From NCBI GenBank assembly GCA_963779755.1, contig CAVZZO010000001.1, positions 2,080,001 through 2,144,000 on the forward strand: 64,000 nucleotides of DNA, written 5' to 3'. The notes under the pieces are model-generated. The model worked only from the letters and a program-made list of their open reading frames with translations. It did not search any database and was not told the DNA's origin. The DNA comes from an uncultured Gemmatimonadales bacterium. Its GTDB lineage: Bacteria; Gemmatimonadota; Gemmatimonadetes; Gemmatimonadales; GWC2-71-9. Numbering within the stretch: the first letter of the stretch is position 1; every line of letters begins with the position of its first letter. Below, in pieces: positions 50,382 to 59,500 of this stretch. A program made the position numbers and the translations under genes.

Positions 50382-51133
50382 ACCGCTCCGCGCTGGAGCG
50401 CCTGCTCGCCGAGGTTGCGGCCGGAAGTCTGGCCCCCGATGCCGCGCTGGAACGGCTGCGGCACTTTCCTTCTGAACAACTGAGCTACGCGCGGCTGGAC
50501 CACCACCGCTCACTTCGCCAGGGGTGGCCGGAGGTAGTCTTCTGTGCCGGCAAGACGGTCGACCAGGTGGTGGGGATCTGCGGCCGCCTGGCCGAGATGA
50601 ACCGGACCTTCCTGGGGACCCGCGCGAGCGACGAGCAGGCGGAAGCCTTGCGCGGTTATCATGCCGAGCTGGAGTGGAATCCGCTGGGCCGGACGGTGTA
50701 CCTCCCTGCGCCGGAAGCGGCTCCGGAGCTGGGAACCGTGCTGGTGGTATCGGCGGGCACCAGTGATCTGCCCGCCGCGGAAGAGGCGGCGGTCACCGCC
50801 ACGGCCTTTGGCGCCGGGGTGGAGCGCCTGGTGGATGTGGGGGTCGCGGGATTACACCGCCTGCTGAGCGCCGAGGAGAAATTGCACGCGGCGGACGTGG
50901 TCATCGTGGCCGCGGGCATGGAGGGAGCCCTGCCCAGCGTGGTGGGAGGGCTGGTGGCCCAGCCGGTCATTGCCCTGCCTACCAGCGTGGGATATGGCGC
51001 CTCGTTCGGCGGCCTGGCGGCGCTGCTGGCGATGCTGAATTCCTGCGCCAGCGGCGTCACCGTGGTGAACATCGACAACGGCTTCGGCGCGGCGGTCGCG
51101 GCGGCCAGGATCCTGGCGGGGAGACGACCGTGA
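50378..51133 (+). CDS. larB: nickel-pincer cofactor biosynthesis protein LarB (AIR carboxylase-like)
   Basis: LDHHR..RQG.PEVV, AGTSDLP.AEEA, DVGVAGLHR, AGMEGAL, VVNIDNGFGA. Confidence 0.92.
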   Translation: MNRSALERLLAEVAAGSLAPDAALERLRHFPSEQLSYARLDHHRSLRQGWPEVVFCAGKTVDQVVGICGRLAEMNRTFLGTRASDEQAEALRGYHAELEWNPLGRTVYLPAPEAAPELGTVLVVSAGTSDLPAAEEAAVTATAFGAGVERLVDVGVAGLHRLLSAEEKLHAADVVIVAAGMEGALPSVVGGLVAQPVIALPTSVGYGASFGGLAALLAMLNSCASGVTVVNIDNGFGAAVAAARILAGRRP

Positions 51134-52533
51134 CCATCGGCGCTATGATCTCGGGTCTGCTGCTGGTCGCGCTGGCCTTCGCCGCTGGAGTCGCCTTCGG
51201 GCGCCGGCGGCAGGCGCCCGCGCCCGATGCGCCGCCGGACGACCATCCGCTCCGCATTAACGATGCGATGCTGCACTGGTTCGGGGCCGCCCACGAGGCC
51301 GTGGGCACCTGGCTCATGGAAAAGGGCGGAGTGGCGGTCCGATGCCATCTGGAGGCGGCACTGCCGGCCGGTGAGATCCTGACGGTCGAGCGGCGCCTGC
51401 TCACCTTCGCCTCCGTGGAGGGAGACGGCGTCGAACATCTCGATTCCGGTACCCTCCTGCTGCACGCACGGCGCGGGTCGGTGGCGGGCATGCTCCTGCC
51501 GGAGACCCCGAAGCCCCAGCTCCTCGACCGGATGCGCGAGGACATGCGGGAACTTCTGGTCGGCCTGTGGCAGGGCGCCTCCGCCCCGGAGCCGGGCGCT
51601 GAGCTGCCGCTCCAGACGCTGGCCAGCATCTGCCAGGACCTCGCCAACCGGTTGGAACATCTGGCCGGCAGCGGGTGCTTCGTGGCGGTGCTGCTTCGCT
51701 CCGGAGTGCGCGTGCTCGGGACGTCGCGCTCGACCGACTCGCGCCTGGTAGATGTCCAGGTAGCGAAAGCCAGCCCCGTCGATCGGGTCGCCCAGGGCGC
51801 GGTGCCGAGTCTCATCACCCGGGATAATCCGGTAGGGGAGGTGGTCGCCGACCGGCGCGAGCGGCGCGAGTTCACCCATCTCTTCCCCATCCAGCATGAG
51901 GGCGTCATCGTGGGAGTGGCCGCGCTGGCGCAGCTCCACGACCGCGAGCTGTCGGGGCCGGTCTATGCTCAGCTGAGCGCCGCCCTGCGCGAGGCGGGCC
52001 CCCGCCTCGCCAACGGACGCCATGTCTGGGAACTCAAACGTTCCGCCGTCACCGATCCGCTTACCGGGCTGGCCAACCGGCGGGGGCTGGAGGATGCCAT
52101 GGGGCGTTTCGGGCTGACCGGCGGTGCGCTGGTGTACGCCGACCTGGACCGGTTCAAGTCGCTCAACGATACGCTGGGACATCCGGCGGGCGATGAGGCC
52201 CTGAAGCACTTTGCCCGCATCCTGAAGAACCAGATCCGGCCCACCGACCTGGCCGCCCGTATCGGCGGCGAGGAGTTCGCCCTGTGGCTTCCGGGCGCCG
52301 CCCTGAACCTGGCGGTGGGTATCGCCGAGCGCATCCGGGAGCAGTTTGCCTCCCGGGAATGGGCCTGGCGCGGCACCCCCTGGGAGCTCTCGGCCTCATT
52401 CGGCGTGGCCTGCTGGCCGGAGCTGACCCGGAGCCGGGAGAACCTGGCCGCCCTGGCAGACGCGGCGCTCTACCGGGCCAAGGAGGAGGGGAGGAACCGG
52501 GTGGTGACGGCGACGGTGGGGGGTGAGGCGTAA
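51130..52533 (+). CDS. membrane-anchored diguanylate cyclase
   Basis: DPLTGLANRR, DLDRFK.LND.LGH, RPTD I-site followed by GGEEF. Confidence 0.93.
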   Translation: MTIGAMISGLLLVALAFAAGVAFGRRRQAPAPDAPPDDHPLRINDAMLHWFGAAHEAVGTWLMEKGGVAVRCHLEAALPAGEILTVERRLLTFASVEGDGVEHLDSGTLLLHARRGSVAGMLLPETPKPQLLDRMREDMRELLVGLWQGASAPEPGAELPLQTLASICQDLANRLEHLAGSGCFVAVLLRSGVRVLGTSRSTDSRLVDVQVAKASPVDRVAQGAVPSLITRDNPVGEVVADRRERREFTHLFPIQHEGVIVGVAALAQLHDRELSGPVYAQLSAALREAGPRLANGRHVWELKRSAVTDPLTGLANRRGLEDAMGRFGLTGGALVYADLDRFKSLNDTLGHPAGDEALKHFARILKNQIRPTDLAARIGGEEFALWLPGAALNLAVGIAERIREQFASREWAWRGTPWELSASFGVACWPELTRSRENLAALADAALYRAKEEGRNRVVTATVGGEA

Positions 52534-52634
52534 GGCGTGCGGGGGTAAGGTGTAGCGCATGAGGCGTGAGAGAAGGGGCAGAGCCGGCAAGATGATTAAG
52601 GTAACTTCTCAGATCTTTTTTCTTACTCCTTACA
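52524..52634. repeat. inverted 7-nt tandem-repeat element (GTAAGGC / CTTAC) with AT-rich spacer
   Basis: GTGAGGC GTAAGGC GTGCGGG GGTAAGG ... TCTTACTCCTTACAC. Confidence 0.6.
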
Positions 52635-52673
52635 CAGTAATGATTTGCACCGACACACGACATTCCACGTCCC

Positions 52674-52702
52674 TTGAGAATCCACCGGCTATCCCTTATA
52701 AT
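52674..52702 (+). promoter_or_regulatory. sigma70 promoter of ssrA
   Basis: TTGAGA-17 nt-TATAAT. Confidence 0.85.
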
Positions 52703-52713
52703 TATGGCGTCTC

Positions 52714-53075
52714 GGGGGCGATCGGTTTCGACGGGTTCGTTGAAGAGATTGCTGCGTGCCCAGGTCCAGGTTCCTGGATAAACCACTTGGAACGCTTTAA
52801 CTGCCAACTCTGAACTGGCACTGGCTGCGTAAGCTGAGCTAAGCTCGCTTCACGCTCCTCCGATGCATGAAGCCCGTCCGGGGCGCTGTGCATTGGATCG
52901 CAAATCCGGACTAGCCCGCGGTGCCGCCCCGGCACCAAGGGTGAGACTTCAGGGGCTGGTTTCCCGATGGGTCGGTTTGGCACCCGCCGGGCGACGACGC
53001 AGAAAGCCGAGCCTACGCACGTAGATGCGGTTTTGGACACTTACTCGGACCAGGGTTCGATTCCCTGCGCCTCCA
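52714..53075 (+). ncRNA. ssrA: tmRNA; tag (A)ANSELALAA* at 52803-52832
   Basis: 5' GGGGGCG pairs with 3' CGCCTCC-A including G3:U; GGTTTCGAC D-loop motif; T-arm CAGGGTTCGATTCCCTG; TAACT before the resume codon; CCA not encoded. Confidence 0.96.
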
Positions 53076-53110
53076 TGAAAAAAACCGGCCAAGGCCGGTT
53101 TTTTTTCATG
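53074..53110. terminator. bidirectional rho-independent terminator
   Basis: CATG-A7-CCGGCC-AA-GGCCGG-T8-CATG. Confidence 0.9.
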
Positions 53111-53680
53111 GGCGGTAGAGGCGGTAGAGGCGGTAAGGGCGGTAAGGCGGGGTGGCGGGACAGGCTTCAGGGAGCCGCCGGTGGATTCCCCAGTGAGCGA
53201 TACAGCGCCCACGTCACCACCCCTGCGTGATTCCGTAGCTTGTCAATGGTCTCCCAATTCTCCTGAGGCAGATAGCCCAGATCGCGGGCCAGTCGGAGAC
53301 AATAGGACAGTTCTGACAAGGACCCCAGGGAGATGTCCAGAAACCTGCGGAACTCTCTTCTCCCGCGCTTCGCTGAGCCCTCAGCGATATTGACAGCCGC
53401 CGAGAAGGCCGAACGCCGCGCCTGCGCCATGAGGCCGTAGGTCTCCTCCCGGGGCCAGCGCCCGGTTGCTCGATAGACCTCCAGGACCAGCCGGTGGCAC
53501 AGCCTCCAGGCCTCGAAACGCTCATATGGCGGCATTCTGAATACCTGGCCCTGAGCGTCAACCCAGTATCAACTCCGCCATCAGCACTCCAATCCCACAG
53601 CACCCTCCTCAGCCGCCCTTATCGCCTCTGCCGCCCCTGCCGCCCTTACCGCCCCTACCGCCTTTCCCGCCTTGCCCGCC
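53111..53680. mobile_element. putative cassette: four-helix-bundle gene bracketed by inverted 9-mer arrays
   Basis: Left (GGCGGTAGA)-type units at 53111-53150; seven right (CCGCCCCTA)-type units at 53613-53680; mobility is inferred. Confidence 0.55.
53167..53535 (-). CDS. four helix bundle protein (23S rRNA IVP / Avd-like family)
   Basis: Y.RFEAW..C..LV.EVY..T..WPREETYGL.AQ.RRSA.S...NIAEG, F.RFL.IS.GSL.EL. Confidence 0.93.
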   Translation of the reverse strand: MPPYERFEAWRLCHRLVLEVYRATGRWPREETYGLMAQARRSAFSAAVNIAEGSAKRGRREFRRFLDISLGSLSELSYCLRLARDLGYLPQENWETIDKLRNHAGVVTWALYRSLGNPPAAP

Positions 53681-53721
53681 CCCCAACCTTTCCGTCCCCC
53701 CGCCCGACTAATCTTCCAGCA

Positions 53722-54276
53722 ATGACTTCACCGGCCGATGCGACGGAGCGCTCCGATCGGGAGCTGGCGGACCGGGTGTGGCGGGATGGGGATGAGCAGG
53801 CCTTCCGACTGCTCTACCGCCGCCATACCCCGCGACTCTACCAGCTGGTGCTCCGGCTCCTGGGGCATGCCGAGCAGGACGCCGAAGACGTCGTGCAGGA
53901 CACCTGGGTCCAGGTGGTGGAGCGGCTGGGGGAGTTTCGCTGGGAATCGGCCTTCGGCACCTGGCTCACCGCCATCGGGCTCAATCGGGCCCGGGATCAC
54001 CTGCGGCGGGCAGGGCGGCGGACCATGGTCCCGCTCCCGGATGGTTTGCCCGGGAAGCGCGGCGGGATGGCCGAATGGGTGGACCTGGAGCGTGCCATCG
54101 CGCAGCTGCCGGAGGGGTACCGCACGGTGCTGGTGCTGCACGATCTCGAGGGCCTGACGCATGAGGAAATCGGTGTCACGCTCGGTGTCACCGCGGGAAC
54201 CTCGAAGAGCCAGTTGTTTGCCGCCCGCAGGGCAATGCGGGGCCTGCTGGCCCCGGCTGGAGGAAAGCATGTCTGA
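53722..54276 (+). CDS. ECF RNA polymerase sigma factor
   Basis: DAEDVVQD.W, F.TWL..I..N, LPEGYR.VLVL.DLEGLTHEEI...LGV..GTSKSQL. Confidence 0.93.
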   Translation: MTSPADATERSDRELADRVWRDGDEQAFRLLYRRHTPRLYQLVLRLLGHAEQDAEDVVQDTWVQVVERLGEFRWESAFGTWLTAIGLNRARDHLRRAGRRTMVPLPDGLPGKRGGMAEWVDLERAIAQLPEGYRTVLVLHDLEGLTHEEIGVTLGVTAGTSKSQLFAARRAMRGLLAPAGGKHV

Positions 54277-54817
54277 CGAATACGATCTGAGCCTGGAAGA
54301 CCGGGCGCGCCTGGCCCGGCTGCCGCAGGAGATGTCACCTCCGCCGGACCTGGAGGACCGTACCGTGCGAGCCCTGCGCGGGCGGGGGCTCCTGGGCCGG
54401 CGGCGTCGCCTCCCGTGGGCGGCCGTCTGGATCCCCGCGATCGCGGCGGCCAGCCTGGTGCTGTTCCTTGGGGGCGTGGCCGTCGGGCAGTGGCTCGGCG
54501 CCCGGAGCACCTCCCAGGCGATGGCTGACATGAACCGGACCAACGCCCGGCAGGTGGCCGCCCTGGTGCAGCGCACCGGTTCGGCCTACAACGAAGCGCT
54601 TCAGGTGCTGGGCCAGGTGGCCGACAGTGGCGGGGCCGATCGGGCGCTGCGCACCCAGAGCAGGGAAGTGGCCCTCAATTCGCTCTACACCGCCGCCGCG
54701 CGGATCGCGCACCTGTATCCCGACGATCCACTGGCGGTGCGAATTCTCCAGACCTTCAACGACCAGCGGGCGCGGGAGCAGGGGAACGCTCCCACCCGGC
54801 GGGTGGTCTGGTTCTGA
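54269..54817 (+). CDS. putative membrane anti-sigma factor
   Basis: Overlaps the sigma stop; one TM (AAASLVLFLGGVAVG); no ZAS motif. Confidence 0.75.
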   Translation: MSDEYDLSLEDRARLARLPQEMSPPPDLEDRTVRALRGRGLLGRRRRLPWAAVWIPAIAAASLVLFLGGVAVGQWLGARSTSQAMADMNRTNARQVAALVQRTGSAYNEALQVLGQVADSGGADRALRTQSREVALNSLYTAAARIAHLYPDDPLAVRILQTFNDQRAREQGNAPTRRVVWF

Positions 54818-54833
54818 AGAAAGGATGCATCAC

Positions 54834-56069
54834 ATGCGTATCGCGCCGATCATGCTGGCGGCCGGCCTGCTGGCGATGGGGGCTCCGCTCCAGGGGCAGG
54901 GAGCCCCGGTCAGGTCATGTCCCGGACACCGGTTGCCGGTGGCCGATCTGGGCATCGAGCACTGGAGTTGCGACTGCACATTCGAGGTTTCCAGCGAAGG
55001 GGCGACCCAGCGCTGGTACTTCCGGGGCGAGCCCACCCTGCTCGACATCCGGCCGGGCGGCCCGTCCGACGGCAAGCTGCGCGACGGCGATGTGCTCGTC
55101 GCGGTGAACGGTCTGCTCATCACTACCCGTGAGGCGGGGCTGCGGCTCGCCACCCTGAAGCCGGGGGAAGCGGTGCGGCTCACCATCCGCCGCAACGGCC
55201 AGGAACGGCAGGTCACGATTGTTCCGGGGTCCCGGTGTCCGCCGGAGGCGCCGGTCGCGCCCGAGGCTCCCGCGGTCACGATCGTCCGCCCGGCGCCCGC
55301 CGCCGCGGTGGCGACTCCCGCGCCGCCGGCGAGGGTGTCGGTCGCCGCCGCCCCCCAACCGGCGCCTCCGGCACCGGCGGCAGTCGCGGCCCCGGCGCCG
55401 CCGGAGGCCCCCCGCCCCTGGTTCGGCTTCGGGATCACCTGTTCGCATTGCGAGATCCTGGGCGGCAACCACTGGCGCTTCAGCAGCTATCCGGAGATCT
55501 ATTCAGTGGATCCGGGGAGCCCGGCCGACCGGGCAGGCCTGCACAAAGGCGACGAGCTGATCGCTATCGACGGGCTGTCGTTGCTCAAGAGTGAGGGCGC
55601 GGCCCGGTTCGATGCGCTGGAGCCGGGTGAGACCGTCCGCTGGACCTACCGGCGGAATGGGCGGACAGACACGGTACGCATTACCGCCGAATCGGCACCG
55701 GGGTTCCATGTGTTCACCGTGCAGCCGGATCGGATCGCCCAGCATGAAGTCGCGCTGGCCCTCACCGACTCGATCGTGCAGCGGCTGCGGGGGACCTCCA
55801 TCCACCTGGCCGAGGTGACGCGCGAACAGCGCGAGGCCATGGCGCGGGCGGTGCAGGCCGAGCTGGCGGCGGCGCAGGCCCGGACGGTGGTGGGACAGGC
55901 CGCTCCGGTCCCCTCCGCCCCCTCCCGTCTCCGCTACACCGGTTCGCTGGGAAACGTGGATGTGGACGTGCGCGGTCCCGGATCGGTGGAGGTCACCCGG
56001 GACGACGGAACGGGCGAGTTGGTGATCCGCACGGCGGACGCGGTGATCCGGCTCAAAACAAAGGACTGA
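54834..56069 (+). CDS. secreted double-PDZ protein with Pro/Ala linker
   Basis: Signal peptide; PGGPS.GKLRDGDVLVAVNG and PGSPADRAGLHKGDELIAIDG. Confidence 0.85.
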   Translation: MRIAPIMLAAGLLAMGAPLQGQGAPVRSCPGHRLPVADLGIEHWSCDCTFEVSSEGATQRWYFRGEPTLLDIRPGGPSDGKLRDGDVLVAVNGLLITTREAGLRLATLKPGEAVRLTIRRNGQERQVTIVPGSRCPPEAPVAPEAPAVTIVRPAPAAAVATPAPPARVSVAAAPQPAPPAPAAVAAPAPPEAPRPWFGFGITCSHCEILGGNHWRFSSYPEIYSVDPGSPADRAGLHKGDELIAIDGLSLLKSEGAARFDALEPGETVRWTYRRNGRTDTVRITAESAPGFHVFTVQPDRIAQHEVALALTDSIVQRLRGTSIHLAEVTREQREAMARAVQAELAAAQARTVVGQAAPVPSAPSRLRYTGSLGNVDVDVRGPGSVEVTRDDGTGELVIRTADAVIRLKTKD

Positions 56070-56130
56070 GAGCAAAGGACTGAGAGAAAAGGGAGCGGCA
56101 CGGTTCTTTTCTCTCAGTCCTTTCGTCTTT
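56059..56130. repeat. 14-mer duplication forming a 17-bp inverted stem
   Basis: CAAAGGACTGAGAG x2; AAAGGACTGAGAGAAAA / TTTTCTCTCAGTCCTTT. Confidence 0.8.
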
Positions 56131-56177
56131 CCTCCCCGCATCTGGACCTTGGCCCCGCCGGGGGCTTATTTAGGGCC

Positions 56178-57401
56178 ATGCCCCTCGACATTCCGAAGCT
56201 CCGCGCGCAGTTCCCGGCTCTCGAACGCGAGTACGCCGGCGTCCCCGTGGCCTACTTCGACGGGCCCGGCGGCACCCAGGTGCCCCGCGCGGTAGGCGAG
56301 GCGGTGTGCGACTATCTCTACCACCGCAACGCCAATACCCACTGGGCCTATCCTACCAGCGCGGAAACCGACGAGATCATCGCCCGGAGCCGCCAGGCAA
56401 TGGCCGATCTGCTGCGCGCGCGGCCGGACGAGATCGCCTTCGGCGCCAACATGACCACGCTCACCTTCCATCTGGCCCGAGCCCTGGGCCGGCAATGGAC
56501 GGCGGGCGACGAGGTCGTGGTGACGGAGCTGGATCACCACGCCAATGTGGCGCCCTGGACGGCCCTGGCGAAGGAACGCGGGATCACGATCCGGGTCGCA
56601 CGGATGATTCCCGAGCGCGGGATCCTCGACTGGGAGGACCTGGAGCGGCAGGTCGGCCCCAGAACGCGGCTGCTCGCCATCGGCGCCGCCTCCAACGCGC
56701 TCGGCACAGTGAACGACGTACGGCGGGCGGCGAGCCTGGCCAAGGCGGCCGGGGCGCTCACCTTCGTGGATGCGGTGCATTTCACTCCCCACGCCGTGGT
56801 GGACGTCCAGGCGATGGGCTGCGATTTTCTTGCCTGCTCGGCCTACAAGTTCTACGGTCCGCACATCGGGGTGCTCTTTGCGCGCCGCTCGGTGCAGGAG
56901 ACGCTGGATGTGCCCAGGCTGGCTCCGGCGCCCGACACGCCACCGGAGCTGCTGGAGACCGGCACGCTTAACCACGAGGGGATTGCGGGGGCGGCAGCCG
57001 CGGTGGACTTTCTGGCCAGCTGGGTCGAAGGCTCCCAGCGGCGGGAGCGCCTGGAGGCCTCCCTGACGGCGCTGCACCGGCGGGGCCGGGAGCTCTTCGC
57101 GCGCCTCTACAGCGGCCTCTCGGCGCTGCCCGGCGTGGAGCTTTTCGGCCCGCCGCCCGAGGCGGAGCGGACGCCCACCATCAGCTTCGTGGTGCAGGGC
57201 ATTGCCTCGGAAGAGGTGGCGCGGTTTCTGGCGGGCCGGGGGGTGTTCGTCAGCCACGGCGACTTCTATGCCGCCACCGTGGCGGAGCGGCTGGGGCATG
57301 CACAGGACGGGCTGGTGCGTGCCGGCTGCGCAGCGTATACGACGGTCGAGGAGATCGACCGGTTGGTGGAGGGGGTGGATGCGGTCAGGCGAGAGAAGTG
57401 A
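56178..57401 (+). CDS. cysteine desulfurase-like protein (class V aminotransferase)
   Basis: YFDGPGGTQVP, FGANMT, LDHHANV.PW, DAVH, CSAYKFYGPH. Confidence 0.9.
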   Translation: MPLDIPKLRAQFPALEREYAGVPVAYFDGPGGTQVPRAVGEAVCDYLYHRNANTHWAYPTSAETDEIIARSRQAMADLLRARPDEIAFGANMTTLTFHLARALGRQWTAGDEVVVTELDHHANVAPWTALAKERGITIRVARMIPERGILDWEDLERQVGPRTRLLAIGAASNALGTVNDVRRAASLAKAAGALTFVDAVHFTPHAVVDVQAMGCDFLACSAYKFYGPHIGVLFARRSVQETLDVPRLAPAPDTPPELLETGTLNHEGIAGAAAAVDFLASWVEGSQRRERLEASLTALHRRGRELFARLYSGLSALPGVELFGPPPEAERTPTISFVVQGIASEEVARFLAGRGVFVSHGDFYAATVAERLGHAQDGLVRAGCAAYTTVEEIDRLVEGVDAVRREK

Positions 57402-57466
57402 GACGCCCGGCGGTACGCCTCACCGCTCACTCCCGGTCTCTCGCTGCTCCCTTCTCACGTCTTACG
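57384..57466. repeat. inverted 7-nt tandem-repeat element (GTGAGAC / TCTCACG) between convergent genes
   Basis: GTCAGGC GAGAGAA GTGAGAC ... CCTCACC GCTCACT ... TCTCACG TCTTACG. Confidence 0.6.
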
Positions 57467-58037
57467 TTCCTGCCGGCACCACCACTCGGGTAGTCCCCCA
57501 CTCCAGAATCAGATTCGCCGCATCGGCCCGCTGCGGCTGGGCCCGGATGGTGAAGGTCTCGACCGGCTGGCTCGTGGCAGTGGCGGGGACGGTGGCGCGT
57601 CCGACCTCCTGCGCCTTCACCTCGGGGGTGTAGGAGTGCTCCTCCCCCCATTGGGTGATGGACCGGTTGACGATAATGGTCCACTGCTCCCTGCCTGGAA
57701 CCGTGTACAGCGAGTAGGTGCCGGGTTGGACTTTGATCCCGGCGATGTCCAGCGCGACCGGCGTGTGGATCATGGTGGGCTCGTTGGCGCCGGTGCGCCA
57801 GAGCTTGCCGTAGGGAACGGCCTCCCCGCCGATCATGGTGCGCCCTCGCAGGGAGGGCCGGCCGTAGCACACCTTGATGGTCTTTCCCGACAGCGAGAAC
57901 TTGGTTGAATCGAGCGGGCTCTGCCGCGAGGATAGCGGCAGCTCGTGGTTCATCACGATGCAGGAATCGGTGGCCGTCGGGGGCCCGGCGGGCGCCGCCG
58001 CCAGCAGTACGGTGAGCGCTATCAACATGGGGGTCAC
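57462..58037 (-). CDS. DUF2911-type secreted protein
   Basis: SP..., YGRPS.RGR, VPYGKLWRTGANE, GTYSLYTVP. Confidence 0.85.
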   Translation of the reverse strand: MTPMLIALTVLLAAAPAGPPTATDSCIVMNHELPLSSRQSPLDSTKFSLSGKTIKVCYGRPSLRGRTMIGGEAVPYGKLWRTGANEPTMIHTPVALDIAGIKVQPGTYSLYTVPGREQWTIIVNRSITQWGEEHSYTPEVKAQEVGRATVPATATSQPVETFTIRAQPQRADAANLILEWGTTRVVVPAGT

Positions 58038-58531
58038 CCCTCTTTCGGAGGCAGGGTCTTCGCCAGGACTTTCGCTTCCTGCTTGCGGCGGAACTCCGTC
58101 AGCTTTGCCGCCAGGCTCTTGTCGGAGAGTGCCAGCAGCGACACGGCGAAGAGCGCCGCGTTGGTGGCGCCGGCATCGCCGATGGCGAAGGTCGCCACCG
58201 GAATGCCGCCCGGCATCTGCACGGTGGAGAGCAGGGAATCGAGGCCCTGCAGGTGCTTCGACGGCATGGGAATGCCGAGAATCGGCAGGGTCGTGTTGGC
58301 GGCCAGGACGCCCGCCAGATGCGCCGCTCCTCCCGCGCCCGCAATCAGGCAGCGGATCCCCCGGTCGGCGGCCTCGCGCGCGTAGGCGGTGGCCTGGTCG
58401 GGCGTGCGGTGGGCGGAGAGGACACGCGCTTCATGGGCAACGCCGAAGGCGTCGAGTTGCTCCGCCACTTTGCGCATGACGGGCCAGTCGGAATCGCTGC
58501 CCATGAGAATGCCAACCAGGGGTGAGGCCAT
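58034..58531 (-). CDS. purE: N5-CAIR mutase
   Basis: MGSDSD, SAHRTP, IAGAGGAAHL, GLDSLLS.VQMP.G.PVAT. Confidence 0.97.
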   Translation of the reverse strand: MASPLVGILMGSDSDWPVMRKVAEQLDAFGVAHEARVLSAHRTPDQATAYAREAADRGIRCLIAGAGGAAHLAGVLAANTTLPILGIPMPSKHLQGLDSLLSTVQMPGGIPVATFAIGDAGATNAALFAVSLLALSDKSLAAKLTEFRRKQEAKVLAKTLPPKEG

Positions 58532-58663
58532 GTACGGGGACTCCTGTCAAGGACTGGGATGCCGTGGACCTGATACTTTCGCGACATGCCGGCAGGTCGA
58601 AGAAGCGGAGCCGGCCTTCACGGACTCCCAAACAAATCGGACGGGTCGAGAATGTCGAGGGGT

Positions 58664-59314
58664 TCAGTCTTCCGCGTTCTGCCCCGCTTCGCCAGTGGCG
58701 AGGCTGAGACGGGCGCGCCTTTCCTGCCGGTGTTTGCGGGCGCGCTCCAGCAGCCAGTAACCGCCGCCGCCGATGAGCGTCAGGGCAAGCAGCACGATGC
58801 TGAGCCAGAGCAGCAGCTGGTCCATCGTGCCCACCTGCCGGCCGGCGAAATGCGCCAGCAGGCCGATGGACATGGCCCACACAATGCCGCCGGAGATGTT
58901 ATAAAAGAGAAACGTGCGGTAGTGCATCCGTGAGGCGCCGGCCACGAACGCCGCCACTACCCGGAGGAACATGATGAAGCGTGCGAGGAAGATGGTCTTG
59001 GCCCCGTGCTGCTCGAAGAAGTGTTCCGCGCGGTCCAGCTTCTTTTTCCTGATGCGGATAGGACCCACGCCTTTGAGGAGCAGCGGCCGGCCACCCTTGC
59101 GCCCGATCCAGTAGCCCAGGGTATCGCCCAGGGCGGCCCCCCCGGCGGCGCAGAGGATCACCCACCAGACGCTGAGCCCGGTCCCGACGCCGGAGGCGCC
59201 GGCGGCCACCACCAGTGCGGTTTCCCCCGGGAGAGGCAGCCCCAGGCTCTCTCCCATGACCAGGAGAAAGACGGCGGGGTAGCCCAGCGTATCGATGATG
59301 TCGGCGACACTCAT
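58664..59314 (-). CDS. DedA family membrane protein
   Basis: ESLGLPLPGET, GD.LGYWIGR, F.ARF. Confidence 0.92.
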   Translation of the reverse strand: MSVADIIDTLGYPAVFLLVMGESLGLPLPGETALVVAAGASGVGTGLSVWWVILCAAGGAALGDTLGYWIGRKGGRPLLLKGVGPIRIRKKKLDRAEHFFEQHGAKTIFLARFIMFLRVVAAFVAGASRMHYRTFLFYNISGGIVWAMSIGLLAHFAGRQVGTMDQLLLWLSIVLLALTLIGGGGYWLLERARKHRQERRARLSLATGEAGQNAED

Positions 59315-59500
59315 TCCCGGAGGGTAGGGGACGGAACTTCCCTCCCGCCGTGCGACAGGTCACGATCGGTTCAGTGATGTTGGGACGCTGTGATGCCGCT
59401 CAGCGCCTGGCCGGGCGAAGAAAGCGGCCGCCTGTCTGTTCGGACGAGGAGGAGCGCGGCACCCGAAGCCACCGGCGTCTTCCGGAGCGGGATTGAGCCC

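Noticed and set aside
52559..53040. Small ORFs overlapping the AT-richer region
   Set aside because: Explained by the ssrA promoter and tmRNA.
53167..53535. Four-helix-bundle gene as the Avd of a diversity-generating retroelement
   Set aside because: No reverse transcriptase in the window. The 110-bp repeat pair has several A/T-to-other differences but also C/G changes, involves both strands and covers a promoter, so it is not a convincing TR/VR pair.
53075..56069. Integrative element or prophage at the ssrA 3' end
   Set aside because: No integrase and no duplicated tmRNA 3' end was seen in the window.
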